From the IMG/VR virus record IMGVR_UViG_3300003322_001075, positions 6,552 to 70,551 of that record: DNA of 64,000 nucleotides; one strand, given 5' to 3'. Of the stretch, positions 49,548 through 58,764 are shown in pieces. The notes under the pieces were generated by a model. It ran no database searches, was not told the DNA's origin, and saw only the letters and a list, made by a program, of their open reading frames with translations. Origin of the DNA: a virus. Position numbers and translations under genes: made by a program. Each line of letters starts with the position of its first letter. Positions within the stretch are counted from its first letter, which is position 1.

Positions 49548-50942
49548 AAAATATTGGGGCGTGGTCCGCTGGAATTTGCGAGAAAGTCTATTGTGCATAC
49601 TACCCTAAGTAATACTGGCCTAAACCACAGCTATTCAATTAGCAGCCCCTTCGTTCTTTAAAATATTGTTATCGCATTGCTTGGGTTGGCCGTCTAGCAG
49701 AACTCGGATCACGGCTCCACAAATGTGGGATAGGCACGGACCTGTCACCGAGGTGCGGTAACAAAAAATATTGTTGGGATAACGCAGTGGGTGTAAGGGA
49801 CGGCCTTCTAAACCGTGAGTCTTACTTCCTCGCTGTCTTCAACTGACAGGATGGATCTGTTAAATCTTAATCCCGTAGACGAAGATATTCCCAACATCAT
49901 TCTTTAAAATATTCCCTGCTGGAAGTCGAACAGAGGTTGAACTCAGCTATTACAGGAGCGTTGTTTGACGGAAGGTGAGTAGAATGCCAGCCCAGCCATC
50001 GCTGGTGGTCTGAGAAAAGCTCAGCCAACTCATAGATTTGGTAGTTTCAAGCGTTAAGCAGACAATATCCGGAACTGTAAGCCGGACAGGGATAAAAATA
50101 TTAAGCGTCTGGGTAATAACCTGCTAAAAGAAAGTACTAGTACAGGCTCTCCTAATCGCGTGACTCGCGACCGCGTAAAGAGAAGGCGCTTAAAATATTG
50201 AGATAGTGTGTTAATAGTACTGAGGCGGATAAAGGATGCCGTCCATCCAACACTATTAATGCAGATTGAGTGTCAGCATGCAAGGCATTTGATTCAGATT
50301 AAGAGTTGGATTCAAGCTGCTATCTCATAAAATATTGACTGAAAACTATTCCTAGTCACTAGCGCAGGGAGGATCGTTAGAATCCTGTAATATTCTGGGT
50401 GGTATGAGAATGTTCTAATCATGCTTTCAGTCATCCCCTTCGGGGGAAAGAAACAGCGGTAGCCCGAAAGGGCATTCCTGAGTAAATGCGCTCAGGAGTA
50501 CGGCAAGCCGCACCGGTCGGTCTGAAATATGGCCGACCTTTAAAATACAATCAGCCACAAGAGGATTGGCGAGATAGTTTGCGCAGACGATTCCCGCAAG
50601 TGGCACTCATTAAACATTGAAGTGAGTATAAATAAAGATACTAATCCTGAATAGAAGAGGATGATATATTAGAAGCTGTTAGTAATAGTAATATTGCGAA
50701 CAATGTTCATAGTTTACTGTGGATAATGGGTATATCGGAGTAATCCTAGATGTGTTGCCCTAAATGAGAAATGGGAGTATCGGAGAGATTTTCACTCACA
50801 ACACAAATGAGTTCTCAGCAAGTAGTTAGGTTGGAGGCTTAAACGTGCTATATTAACTACATGACCCTACTCTTATAGGATAATAAGACAAGAGGGTGCT
50901 AAACGAAGGTAAGTGGGTCGCCTAAGAGCCCGCAAATTTCAA
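49548..50942 (+). ncRNA. array of about nine structured ncRNAs
   Basis: No ORF; seven AAAATAT leaders each followed by a unit whose ends base-pair, several via G-U on the + strand. Confidence 0.8.
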
Positions 50943-50960
50943 TTTTTCATAGGTTGGAAA

Positions 50961-50990
50961 GGGTGGTAGCAATACTGCCCTTTTTTATTT
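50961..50990 (+). terminator. rho-independent terminator ending the ncRNA array
   Basis: GGGTGGTA-GCAA-TACTGCCC-TTTTTT. Confidence 0.85.
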
Positions 50991-51015
50991 GCACAGAAAA
51001 TTCTACATTTGAAGC

Positions 51016-51574
51016 ATGACACGTAAATTTGACCTCTTAACCCCCGCTGAGCAGGAAATGCTCCTTTTTTGTTGTGCTTACTTATCCTGGTGTGATATCA
51101 AAGTTGGGTTAACAATAAGTGAACACCAGCTGGATACAGCCCTTGAATACGGATCAGAGTACGAAATAACAGTAACAGACTATGCCGCAGTGGACACAGT
51201 ATTTCCAACCCTTGGGGAACCTAAGCCGCCAAAACGTTAAAAGCGTTTGGATATTCTTTACCGGTATTGCCCTCTTGTTCTTCCGGCATAGTTTGGCGCT
51301 CTACCTTTCAGGTGGGGATGAAGGAGTATATTGGGGCAACATCTACACGATCGACATGTGTGTAATGGCCCTGATGGCTCATGCGTTCTTTACGGGTATC
51401 CTTATCATAGACTTTCTTACTGAAACATTTGCCTGGTTTTGCTGGTCGGACCTGGCTGACAGAATAGTTTTCCACAACACAAATTTCACAAAAGAAGATT
51501 TATTGTATATCTTTATTGCGGCCATAACGCTGGGGTACAAAATCTACAAATGGAATAAGCCTAAGAAATCATGA
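51016..51574 (+). CDS. small protein (51016-51240) and multi-TM protein (51182-51574)
   Basis: Start of the lysis operon after TACATTTG. Confidence 0.5.
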
Positions 51575-51906
51575 AAGAACCTACCTTAAAGGACATATAC
51601 GATGAAGTTAAGCTCTTGGTAGTTGCTGTTACAGGTGACGAAAAAATGGGCATCAAAGGTACCAATCAACGCCTTGAAGAAACCCAGCAGCAGGTAAACG
51701 GGCACGAAAAACGGATTACAAAGCTTGAGGCTGAAAGTAAGAAATTTAAGGTTATGTCGTTTGTAAAGGGAATAGGAGTAGGGGCCACCAGCGCAAGTTC
51801 TGCATTTGCCATTGGAAGCGGGAAAGCCGGGGCTGCAATTGCTAAGATTGCCACGGCCTTAGGTGCAATAATTTTTGTTTGTTATTGTTTAATGCTTATA
51901 CTATGA
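51571..51906 (+). CDS. coiled-coil plus TM protein (holin-associated)
   Basis: HEKRITKLE coiled coil and C-terminal TM helix. Confidence 0.5.
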   Translation: MKEPTLKDIYDEVKLLVVAVTGDEKMGIKGTNQRLEETQQQVNGHEKRITKLEAESKKFKVMSFVKGIGVGATSASSAFAIGSGKAGAAIAKIATALGAIIFVCYCLMLIL

Positions 51907-52109
51907 TCTACGAGACACCAAAAGAGCCTAAGCGCAGGAATCAGGTGATTAAACGCCTTATGAGCCCCAAAACTACTATTATAGGCCTGCTTTTAATAGG
52001 CCTTGGCATGTGGGTACTTAATATGAACTTGGAAGAAACAACTAGGCTTACGATTGCCCTGTTACTTTTTGGGATGGGTGGTGTTTCATTGGGCTTAAAG
52101 GACAAGTAA
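51903..52109 (+). CDS. holin (putative)
   Basis: Two TM helices, KTTIIG...KD pattern, directly before the lysozyme. Confidence 0.6.
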   Translation: MIYETPKEPKRRNQVIKRLMSPKTTIIGLLLIGLGMWVLNMNLEETTRLTIALLLFGMGGVSLGLKDK

Positions 52110-52110
52110 C

Positions 52111-52566
52111 ATGAAAGTAACCAAAATATCTCAAGCTGGTATAGATCTGATTCTTTCATTTGAGGGGTTCGAACCGAGGCCATATCTATGTTCCGCTGGT
52201 GTTCCTACCATAGGATTTGGCACTACAAGATACCCGGATGGTCGAAAGGTAAGTATTACAGACCCGGGAATAACAAGAGCAAAAGCCGTTGAGTTTTTTA
52301 AGCATGACCTGGAATATTTTGAAAAAAAAGTGGATGCTTTTTGCCGGGACGACATAAACCAAGCTAATTTTGATGCACTTGTTTCTTTCTGCTATAACTG
52401 CGGAGAAAATAACCTTAAAAGTTCCACCCTTCTGAAAAAGGTAAATGCCAATCCTAAAGATCCCGCTATTCGTGAAGAATTTGTTAAATGGACCCGGGCT
52501 AACGGTAAAGTTGTAAAAGGGCTTGAGCGAAGAAGAATAGCCGAAAGTAGCCTGTATTTTTCATGA
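52111..52566 (+). CDS. GH24 phage lysozyme (endolysin)
   Basis: FEG....Y.C.AGVPTIG.G.T, FDALVSF.YN.G, STLL.K.N, GL.RRR.AE. Confidence 0.95.
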   Translation: MKVTKISQAGIDLILSFEGFEPRPYLCSAGVPTIGFGTTRYPDGRKVSITDPGITRAKAVEFFKHDLEYFEKKVDAFCRDDINQANFDALVSFCYNCGENNLKSSTLLKKVNANPKDPAIREEFVKWTRANGKVVKGLERRRIAESSLYFS

Positions 52567-53102
52567 AATTTGCTGCAAACATACTAAAAGCCATTCTGAT
52601 TGGTTGCGCCTTGTATCTGATAATGACCTGCACGAGCTGTAAAACACCGGAGCAACAGTGTCGAGATGCCTATGCAACGCTACAAAAGAACGGTTGTTTG
52701 AAATCTGACACCACCAAGAAGGATACAACGATATACAGCTACGCTTACCGGGATACGGTAATCTTTCGGGAAAAGGACAGCGCAACAGCTAAAGTAAAAA
52801 ATCCCTGCGACCAGAACGGAAAATTAAAGCCTATCAATGTAACCTATAAGAACAAGAGCGCCACAGTAAACCTGAAAAGCGATACTGCAACAAACGAAAT
52901 AACCGCCACGGCCACCTGTGATGAACTGGAGCTTAAAATAAGGCTACAGGACAAAATAATCTCCCATTATCGCGAAACTATTATACAGAATAGCTTCAAG
53001 ATCGAGCCAAGCTTATTGGATAAGCTAAAGAATATTTGGTACTGGCTGTTGATAGCGGTTGCTGTCGGATTTTCGGCTGGAGTGTGGATGAAGTCAAAGT
53101 AG
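52563..53102 (+). CDS. spanin-like lipoprotein
   Basis: Lipobox TSC and C-terminal TM helix, after the endolysin. Confidence 0.6.
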   Translation: MKFAANILKAILIGCALYLIMTCTSCKTPEQQCRDAYATLQKNGCLKSDTTKKDTTIYSYAYRDTVIFREKDSATAKVKNPCDQNGKLKPINVTYKNKSATVNLKSDTATNEITATATCDELELKIRLQDKIISHYRETIIQNSFKIEPSLLDKLKNIWYWLLIAVAVGFSAGVWMKSK

Positions 53103-53103
53103 T

Positions 53104-53463
53104 CTATTCGAAATCCAATGTTTTTTTAAGCTTTTCGATTTCTGACTTTAAATAATCGTTTTGATGTTTCATTTCAATCATTGAGTGTTGATAATCGGCT
53201 ATGAGCCTTTCAAGTCGATACACATGGGACAAATCCCCTACAATTTTCTTATAAGCTTCCTGTAATTCCTCATATTTCTTAATTTGTTGCGGGGTCCCGT
53301 TATCTCTTATCGACATATAAATGTCAAAAATGTATTTGCTCAGGTAGTTTGCTCCGGAAGTCCCCTGATGCATTGCGGGGTCATTCGTACTCATGCCTGT
53401 AATTTCTACCGCAGATTTGTCCATCTTAGAATGCCGGGTTGTTAAATTGTTGTTCGTCATCAT
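53104..53463 (-). CDS. hypothetical coiled-coil protein
   Basis: Downstream of the helicase. Confidence 0.5.
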   Translation of the reverse strand: MMTNNNLTTRHSKMDKSAVEITGMSTNDPAMHQGTSGANYLSKYIFDIYMSIRDNGTPQQIKKYEELQEAYKKIVGDLSHVYRLERLIADYQHSMIEMKHQNDYLKSEIEKLKKTLDFE

Positions 53464-54313
53464 GTCTTAATTTATAGCGTCCAGTATTGTAATCGTAATC
53501 AATTTCGAATATTCCTTTTTTACCTACTTTTTTAGGTTTAGCCTTCTGTATAATAATATCTACATAGGTTCGCTCAAAAAGCGATTCGCTAAACTCAAAT
53601 GGTCTGTTTACACAGATTATGCTTTCGGCTTTAGCATACCATGTTGCACCGCCACTAAACTCGAAAGCTGTTGGGGGGTCATATTTACCATCCTTGTTTT
53701 TGACCAACGTGCGTGGGTGGGCGATAATGAACGAATGCACATTCATTTTTCGAGAAAACCGCCTAATGTTTCCTAGCACAACCTCAAGATATGTATCCTG
53801 TCTTCCCCCATGCTCTCCAAAATTGTGCGAAAGTTCATTCCAGGGATCTATTGTGAATGTATTTATTTTCAATTCTATCATTTCCGCCTTGACTTGTTCA
53901 AGTAATTCTGACGGAGAAGGCGCCTTTTCTTCAATATCCCGAACAATAAAGTGTTCATGTATGAAAGATACAGCATGTCTAAATTCATCCTTCCTGATGC
54001 GATTAAATGCGTTTTCTCGTGAAACTTTCTTAAGATACTTACAAGCAAGTTCCAAATAAACCTCTTCGGCATTACCTGTTTCTGGCGAGTAAATATAATG
54101 TTTGAATCCATGCATTTCGCTTAAACGCATAAGCATCTCAAATAGCCACTCGCTCTTACCATGTGAGGGAATTCCAGCGATATAAGTAGTTGCCCCAAGC
54201 GCAACTTTGTAGTATTGATCAAGTTCTGGAAATCCTAGTGAATAAGTTCCTGAAGCAGGAAAATCAATTAAAGTCTCAACTTTATCAATTATGTCATTAA
54301 GACGCTTTATCAT
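53426..54313 (-). CDS. DnaB/gp4-like replicative helicase
   Basis: GIPSHGKS Walker A, SPE, IDPWN, IAHP, SGG..W. Confidence 0.85.
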   Translation of the reverse strand: MIKRLNDIIDKVETLIDFPASGTYSLGFPELDQYYKVALGATTYIAGIPSHGKSEWLFEMLMRLSEMHGFKHYIYSPETGNAEEVYLELACKYLKKVSRENAFNRIRKDEFRHAVSFIHEHFIVRDIEEKAPSPSELLEQVKAEMIELKINTFTIDPWNELSHNFGEHGGRQDTYLEVVLGNIRRFSRKMNVHSFIIAHPRTLVKNKDGKYDPPTAFEFSGGATWYAKAESIICVNRPFEFSESLFERTYVDIIIQKAKPKKVGKKGIFEIDYDYNTGRYKLRHDDEQQFNNPAF

Positions 54314-54900
54314 ATAAGGGCGCGTTGTGATGATGTTGAATTGTTCTGTTTTTCAGAAATAGGACTTTTATCATTTTTGGCCCACCTCTCAAGACGCAAG
54401 CTAAGATTCCATGTTTTTTCAAGTTCAGCCCTAAACTTAGTGTTTGATTTATTCTGTTCTGTCCAATATTTATAAAATTCGGTAATTAACTCTTTCCCAT
54501 ATTTAGCCACAAAAGGTTTTAAGGTATCAGCAAATTTTAATTTGCGATCTTCTATACTATATACTTTAGTATCCTTCTCATTATCATTATCGGCCCCCAC
54601 TGGGTTTAAATTATCCCACTGGGTTTTTTGGGTTCCACTGGGTTGACGTTTTCTGCCACCTTTAGCCCCGTTTGTAATATTGCGCTCGACAATTTTCTCA
54701 TATTTTTTATTGTCTAAAACAAACTGATTTTTTGCTACTAAATATAAAATAATCCATTGGGTTTTTTGGGTTAGGTTGGGTTCTTCACCATCGCATTGAT
54801 ACTTCAAAATTGCTTTAAATAATTTCCCAGCATCCTCGTCTGTGAGAAATTCCAAAGGGTCTCGAAAAGATTTATACAGGAGAAAAGATTCTTTACCCAT
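54310..54900 (-). CDS. replication initiator / replisome organiser
   Basis: SFLLY...L..E.AG.LF.AI..Y, NG.KGGR, F..YW...W...L..W; upstream of the helicase; contains iterons. Confidence 0.75.
   Translation of the reverse strand: MGKESFLLYKSFRDPLEFLTDEDAGKLFKAILKYQCDGEEPNLTQKTQWIILYLVAKNQFVLDNKKYEKIVERNITNGAKGGRKRQPSGTQKTQWDNLNPVGADNDNEKDTKVYSIEDRKLKFADTLKPFVAKYGKELITEFYKYWTEQNKSNTKFRAELEKTWNLSLRLERWAKNDKSPISEKQNNSTSSQRALI
54597..54772. repeat. iterons (probable replication origin)
   Basis: CCACTGGGTT at 54597, 54616, 54635 (19-bp period); CCA(C/T)TGGGTTTTTTGGGTT at 54616 and 54754. Confidence 0.7.
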
Positions 54901-54916
54901 AGTGCCAAACAATTAA

Positions 54917-55040
54917 GCCGGACAGGAACGCAAGTGTCAAAAGGTGCTCACTACACCTATCCTGCGCCCGTCCGGCCTATATGAAACGTAAAAGGATTGT
55001 AATTTTCACAAGTGAGAGAATTTATTGACAATCCAAATAT
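54917..55040 (-). promoter_or_regulatory. promoter and structured leader of the initiator gene
   Basis: TATATTTG at ~55034-55041; hairpin GCCGGAC/GTCCGGC with loop and bulge complementary to upstream hexamers. Confidence 0.6.
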
Positions 55041-55093
55041 ATGAAATTAGTGGGGAGGTGTTTTCACAATCAGGACATATTTATCCACAAAAT

Positions 55094-55158
55094 GCGTTAA
55101 GGATCGCAGCAAGCTACCGTGTAGCGCGGAGAGCCTGACGGCTTTAGACGTAACGCCC
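55094..55158 (-). repeat. Flavo-1-like dispersed structured repeat, copy 1
   Basis: GGGCG...GTCAGGCTCTCCGC-GCTAC/GTAGC-...ATCCTTAACGC. Confidence 0.6.
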
Positions 55159-55382
55159 TAGTCTTTCCCTCCAAATCTTGTAAATTTTGGTTCTCTGAAT
55201 TCTTCTCTTGTTCTTCTTATTGATTCTACAATTTGTTCATCTGTCCATGCTCCCATAAAGGATTGTTTAAACAGCACGGTACTGGAAACAATATCCAGGT
55301 TAGCACCTGAATTAGCTTTTCTTGAATTTGGCGAGGGAATTGCCCTCTGTAGTGAGTCGTTCATAGTTTATAGGATTAAAGG

Positions 55383-55721
55383 TTAGTCTTCAATAGCAAT
55401 GTATGGCTTAAGGCGTTCATACATTGACTCATCGGTATATCCTATAGCCAACCAGTCTTGGCCGGCACCAAAAATATTGGTCTTGTCAACTCGTGAGAAA
55501 TCACCTTTTTCAAAGTCAATAAGTGAAATCATGGCCATCATTCCAACCTGTTTGAGCACTATTTTACCATAGCGGTATGCGATGAACCAATTGTCGAGAT
55601 CATTGTACCTTACGCAATCCCCAATGTAGGCGGGGCTCCCATCTTCGTATTTACCAACTTCAATTGTTTTGAAGTGAGGCATAAAGTCAATAATGCTGAT
55701 TTTGAATTTTTTATTTTCCAT
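55383..55721 (-). CDS. hypothetical protein
   Basis: 112-aa ORF. Confidence 0.55.
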   Translation of the reverse strand: MENKKFKISIIDFMPHFKTIEVGKYEDGSPAYIGDCVRYNDLDNWFIAYRYGKIVLKQVGMMAMISLIDFEKGDFSRVDKTNIFGAGQDWLAIGYTDESMYERLKPYIAIED

Positions 55722-55733
55722 AGTTTTAGCGAG

Positions 55734-56138
55734 TTAAATTGATATTTCTAATTGCGAATTTGGATCTGGCAGCACCACCCCTAGGCTATCTGCTGCCCAT
55801 ATTTGTAGTTGGCTCACAAGCTCTGCAAATTCAGTCTTGTTATAGGCCGTTGTGGATTTCAAATAGTCAAACGTCTCACCTGATCGTTCATCAACAGCAG
55901 TACGTTTACAAAGCTTCATTTTAGCTATTTCATGCATCATTTCGGTATCATAACCCAGCTCTTGTCCTAATATTTTCATGCATAGCCACCAGTATCTATT
56001 CTGTCTTACAGACCGTTTAGATACAGTTTTCTTTATGGTAATTGTCACATACTTTCCATCCAGGGTTTCTATGCACTCATTTAAGGCCCGGTTGTTTATG
56101 ACTAGTTTTTTGCCCTCGACCCTACCATGAAATTCCAT
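55734..56138 (-). CDS. NinB/Orf-like recombination protein
   Basis: KRS..QNRYWW, LGY..E.MHE..K, ST.....EF.E....I..WAA..LG..LP.P. Confidence 0.7.
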   Translation of the reverse strand: MEFHGRVEGKKLVINNRALNECIETLDGKYVTITIKKTVSKRSVRQNRYWWLCMKILGQELGYDTEMMHEIAKMKLCKRTAVDERSGETFDYLKSTTAYNKTEFAELVSQLQIWAADSLGVVLPDPNSQLEISI

Positions 56139-56139
56139 G

Positions 56140-56613
56140 TTAATCCAGCGAACATTTTAATCCGCTTGTAGATGTTTTAAGGGGAGGATATACTGTGCAT
56201 ATTTCCCCGGTTTCCTCATCAGCAATTGAAATGCTACCCTTAATCCCCTTAAGAAAAGTCTGACGATCCTTAAGTGCTCTATTGACTTTCTCCGCTTTCT
56301 CGGTTAGCCTTTTGAGTTCAGGGTCACCGCATTTTGAATAATCGTACTGTGTGCCATTTTCTGCCAGTTCAATTTTAAGACCATGGTAAACAAAAGATTT
56401 TCCGTGTTTCTCGGCTTCTTCCCGTGAATATTCATCCAGAACTGGTTTAACGGTTTCAAAAATCTTATCAAAGCACTTTTTGAATCTCAACAGGTCAAGT
56501 GGATTAACCTCTCCAGATACGAGTTCCGATTCAATTTTACGGGCAAAGGAAAATACTTCATCTTTGGTGCTGGGAAGTATTTGTAATGTACTGCTAGCTG
56601 TTTCCATGATCAA
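56140..56613 (-). CDS. conserved phage recombination-module protein
   Basis: G..YDYS.CGDP, LK.R..FLK, D.ETGE....PP.K. Confidence 0.6.
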   Translation of the reverse strand: MIMETASSTLQILPSTKDEVFSFARKIESELVSGEVNPLDLLRFKKCFDKIFETVKPVLDEYSREEAEKHGKSFVYHGLKIELAENGTQYDYSKCGDPELKRLTEKAEKVNRALKDRQTFLKGIKGSISIADEETGEICTVYPPLKTSTSGLKCSLD

Positions 56614-57353
56614 AACGGTAAATCTAAATCGTTAGGGACTTCCTGTGTAAAGTCTTGAATATTCTTCGGGTCCCCATAAATACTGGCATGCGCCTCTTCT
56701 ACTGCTTTCCCCAGGCCAGCCTCTGTAATCATCTCATTCGCCTGAACATCTTTATTTTTCGCAAAATATGACTTCAGGTAAGATTGAAGCTCTTTATCCA
56801 TATCAATGGCGATTTGATTGTCATTTGTTGTGGGTTCACTTGTCTCAAAAACAGGCATATAATATTCGGTTTTCCCCTTTTTCCCTTTTACGGTTCCGGT
56901 GATCGTAATGGCCAGATCAAAGATTTTCGCTTTCTTACGAAATTCAATCCATGCACTCAAGGATGAGCCTACCATCTTAATATTGCCTATTTCGGCCTCT
57001 CCGACTTCATTTTTGAACATAATATACACCGACTGACAGTATTTTGTACCGGTGATATTTGCTGCCTGTAGTTGCTCGTAAGTTCCCTCAAACTGCTTCC
57101 CTTTCTTGTTTCTTACTACAAGTACTTCATTTTTTAAATCTCTTACTTCATTTGACCAGAATCCTGAATTGTCAGCATCAGAAAACCCGGTAATTGTAGA
57201 AAGACAATCCAAAACAAGGAATTGGAAAGGTAATTCCAGCTCGATTTGCTTCTTTTCCTGCTTGTCATAATATTTTATGAGCCCCTTCTCCCCGTTCCAT
57301 TCAAAAAAACGGGTGGCTGGATTGATTAATTCGGTGTTGTTGCTTCTTGACAT
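56610..57353 (-). CDS. putative ssDNA-binding/annealing protein
   Basis: Beta-rich core, K.GK.EYY.P.F, acidic tail ending DLPF. Confidence 0.55.
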   Translation of the reverse strand: MSRSNNTELINPATRFFEWNGEKGLIKYYDKQEKKQIELELPFQFLVLDCLSTITGFSDADNSGFWSNEVRDLKNEVLVVRNKKGKQFEGTYEQLQAANITGTKYCQSVYIMFKNEVGEAEIGNIKMVGSSLSAWIEFRKKAKIFDLAITITGTVKGKKGKTEYYMPVFETSEPTTNDNQIAIDMDKELQSYLKSYFAKNKDVQANEMITEAGLGKAVEEAHASIYGDPKNIQDFTQEVPNDLDLPF

Positions 57354-57358
57354 ATTTT

Positions 57359-58384
57359 TTAAGTTATTGTAAATCTTGTGTTTTCGATCTTGGTTAGCAA
57401 ATGCTTGGCTTTGTAGAATTGTTCGTGGTTTCGTTCTTTTGAGGCTTCAAAAAGAAGGCGCTTAACCTTTGCTTTCCTGGCATCCAGTATTTGTTGGTAG
57501 GTTATGAATCTAACCTCATGCGTGACCGGAATAAAGTCCTGGGAAAGGTATTGTTGTATGGTTGTGAGGAATGTTTTCATGATTAGTCATTTTTCAAGTC
57601 AAATTCTTGAAGGGATTCAATTAGCGATTTTCGCTCCGAATCACTCAACCAAGTACCACATATTTCTAAACACGAATCTACATCTGACTGGCCGTTATGG
57701 CGAAATATCTTCATTGCTGATGTAATAAGCATTTCAGCAACATTAGGATCGGCAATCCATCGTTCTTTTTCTTTTGAAAATATGGCGATATCCTTAGTTA
57801 TTTGCGTGTTATCATCGGTTATAATTAACTCTGATAATGAGTTATTTGGAGCTCTTAGTTTTATTTCCATTTGATTTACAGTATTTTATGTTGTTCAGGG
57901 CACGAAGGAGCTTGTTGTGGCGAGTCACCAAGCGGCAAGTTTCCAAATATTACCTTACTCATTGAAGCGATAAGGGTAAAATCCAACTTTGTCATTATAC
58001 TACTTTCGGCAGATACTATAAACGGCTTGTCGAATACTATGTAATCCTTCGGTAAATCCATGATCTTTAATATTTAAAGGTTATTAATCGCGTTAGGGAT
58101 TGACAACGATACCGTGTATCGCAGAAAGCCCGACAGCTTTAGCTGTAACGCCCAAATTAACTGATGGCTCCCGGAATAATCTGAAGTACATGATCTGAAA
58201 GAACAGGATAATGACCACACATATTTCTGTATATCGGAGGCATAAGCTCAATCCCGCTCACATCGCAATTCCCGGATCTTTTGATGTGGCTGGCTATCTG
58301 GCGCCAGTCCGACAATTTGAGACGCACTCCGTTTTCAGATACGCTGGGAGTATTGCCAATGAGTTCAATGGTGAATGTTTTCAT
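57359..58384 (-). CDS. small hypothetical ORFs (57359-57580, 57583-57870, 57876-58061, 58157-58384)
   Basis: Co-oriented ORFs with A-rich starts. Confidence 0.5.
58090..58153 (-). repeat. Flavo-1-like repeat, copy 2
   Basis: GGGCGTTAC...GTCGGGCTTTCTGC-GATAC/GTATC-...ATCCCTAACGC. Confidence 0.6.
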
Positions 58385-58536
58385 AGTTATTCTGGTTTAA
58401 ATGTTTTACAATCAAATATGAGGTTGAGGTTTGGAATCCTTATACTTTAAACGCTACCTATAGCTGCCCGTTTGATTGTCCAAGCAAATTTTCAATAACA
58501 AAGTAAACAAGTTCCTTCCAGACAACCAAATTAAAA

Positions 58537-58764
58537 TCATTCTTTTCTACTATTTTTTTTGCCATCACCTGATACATAAGATTTTATTTCATCCATATTG
58601 CAGGTTAGAACATAGTATTTAGAGAATGTTTCAACCTTGATCACACCTGGAAGTTTAGGTTTTTCCCCGCGCAATTTTGCTTTACGAATAGCTTTGGTAA
58701 CTCCGGCAGGGGATATGGAGCGAAGCTGGGCATATTGAACGGGATTCATTTTAGTCATTTTCAT
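58537..58764 (-). CDS. small HTH DNA-binding protein
   Basis: M.PVQYAQLRSISPAGVTKAIRK HTH pattern; ATG at 58764 4 nt after TATCTTTG. Confidence 0.6.
   Translation of the reverse strand: MKMTKMNPVQYAQLRSISPAGVTKAIRKAKLRGEKPKLPGVIKVETFSKYYVLTCNMDEIKSYVSGDGKKNSRKE

Noticed and set aside
49821-49840. HDV-like/theta ribozyme suggested by CTTCCTCGCTG
   Set aside because: Could not build the P1/P2/P3 nested pseudoknot around it
49772-49896. Canonical tRNA-Arg(UCU) or amber suppressor tRNA
   Set aside because: 125 nt long, irregular D-arm spacing, mismatch closing the anticodon loop, extra sequence around the T-like arm; a CUA reading leaves no proper stem
49548-50942. CRISPR array
   Set aside because: The repeated element is only 7-8 nt, units vary from 90 to 325 nt and are internally structured, and no cas genes are present
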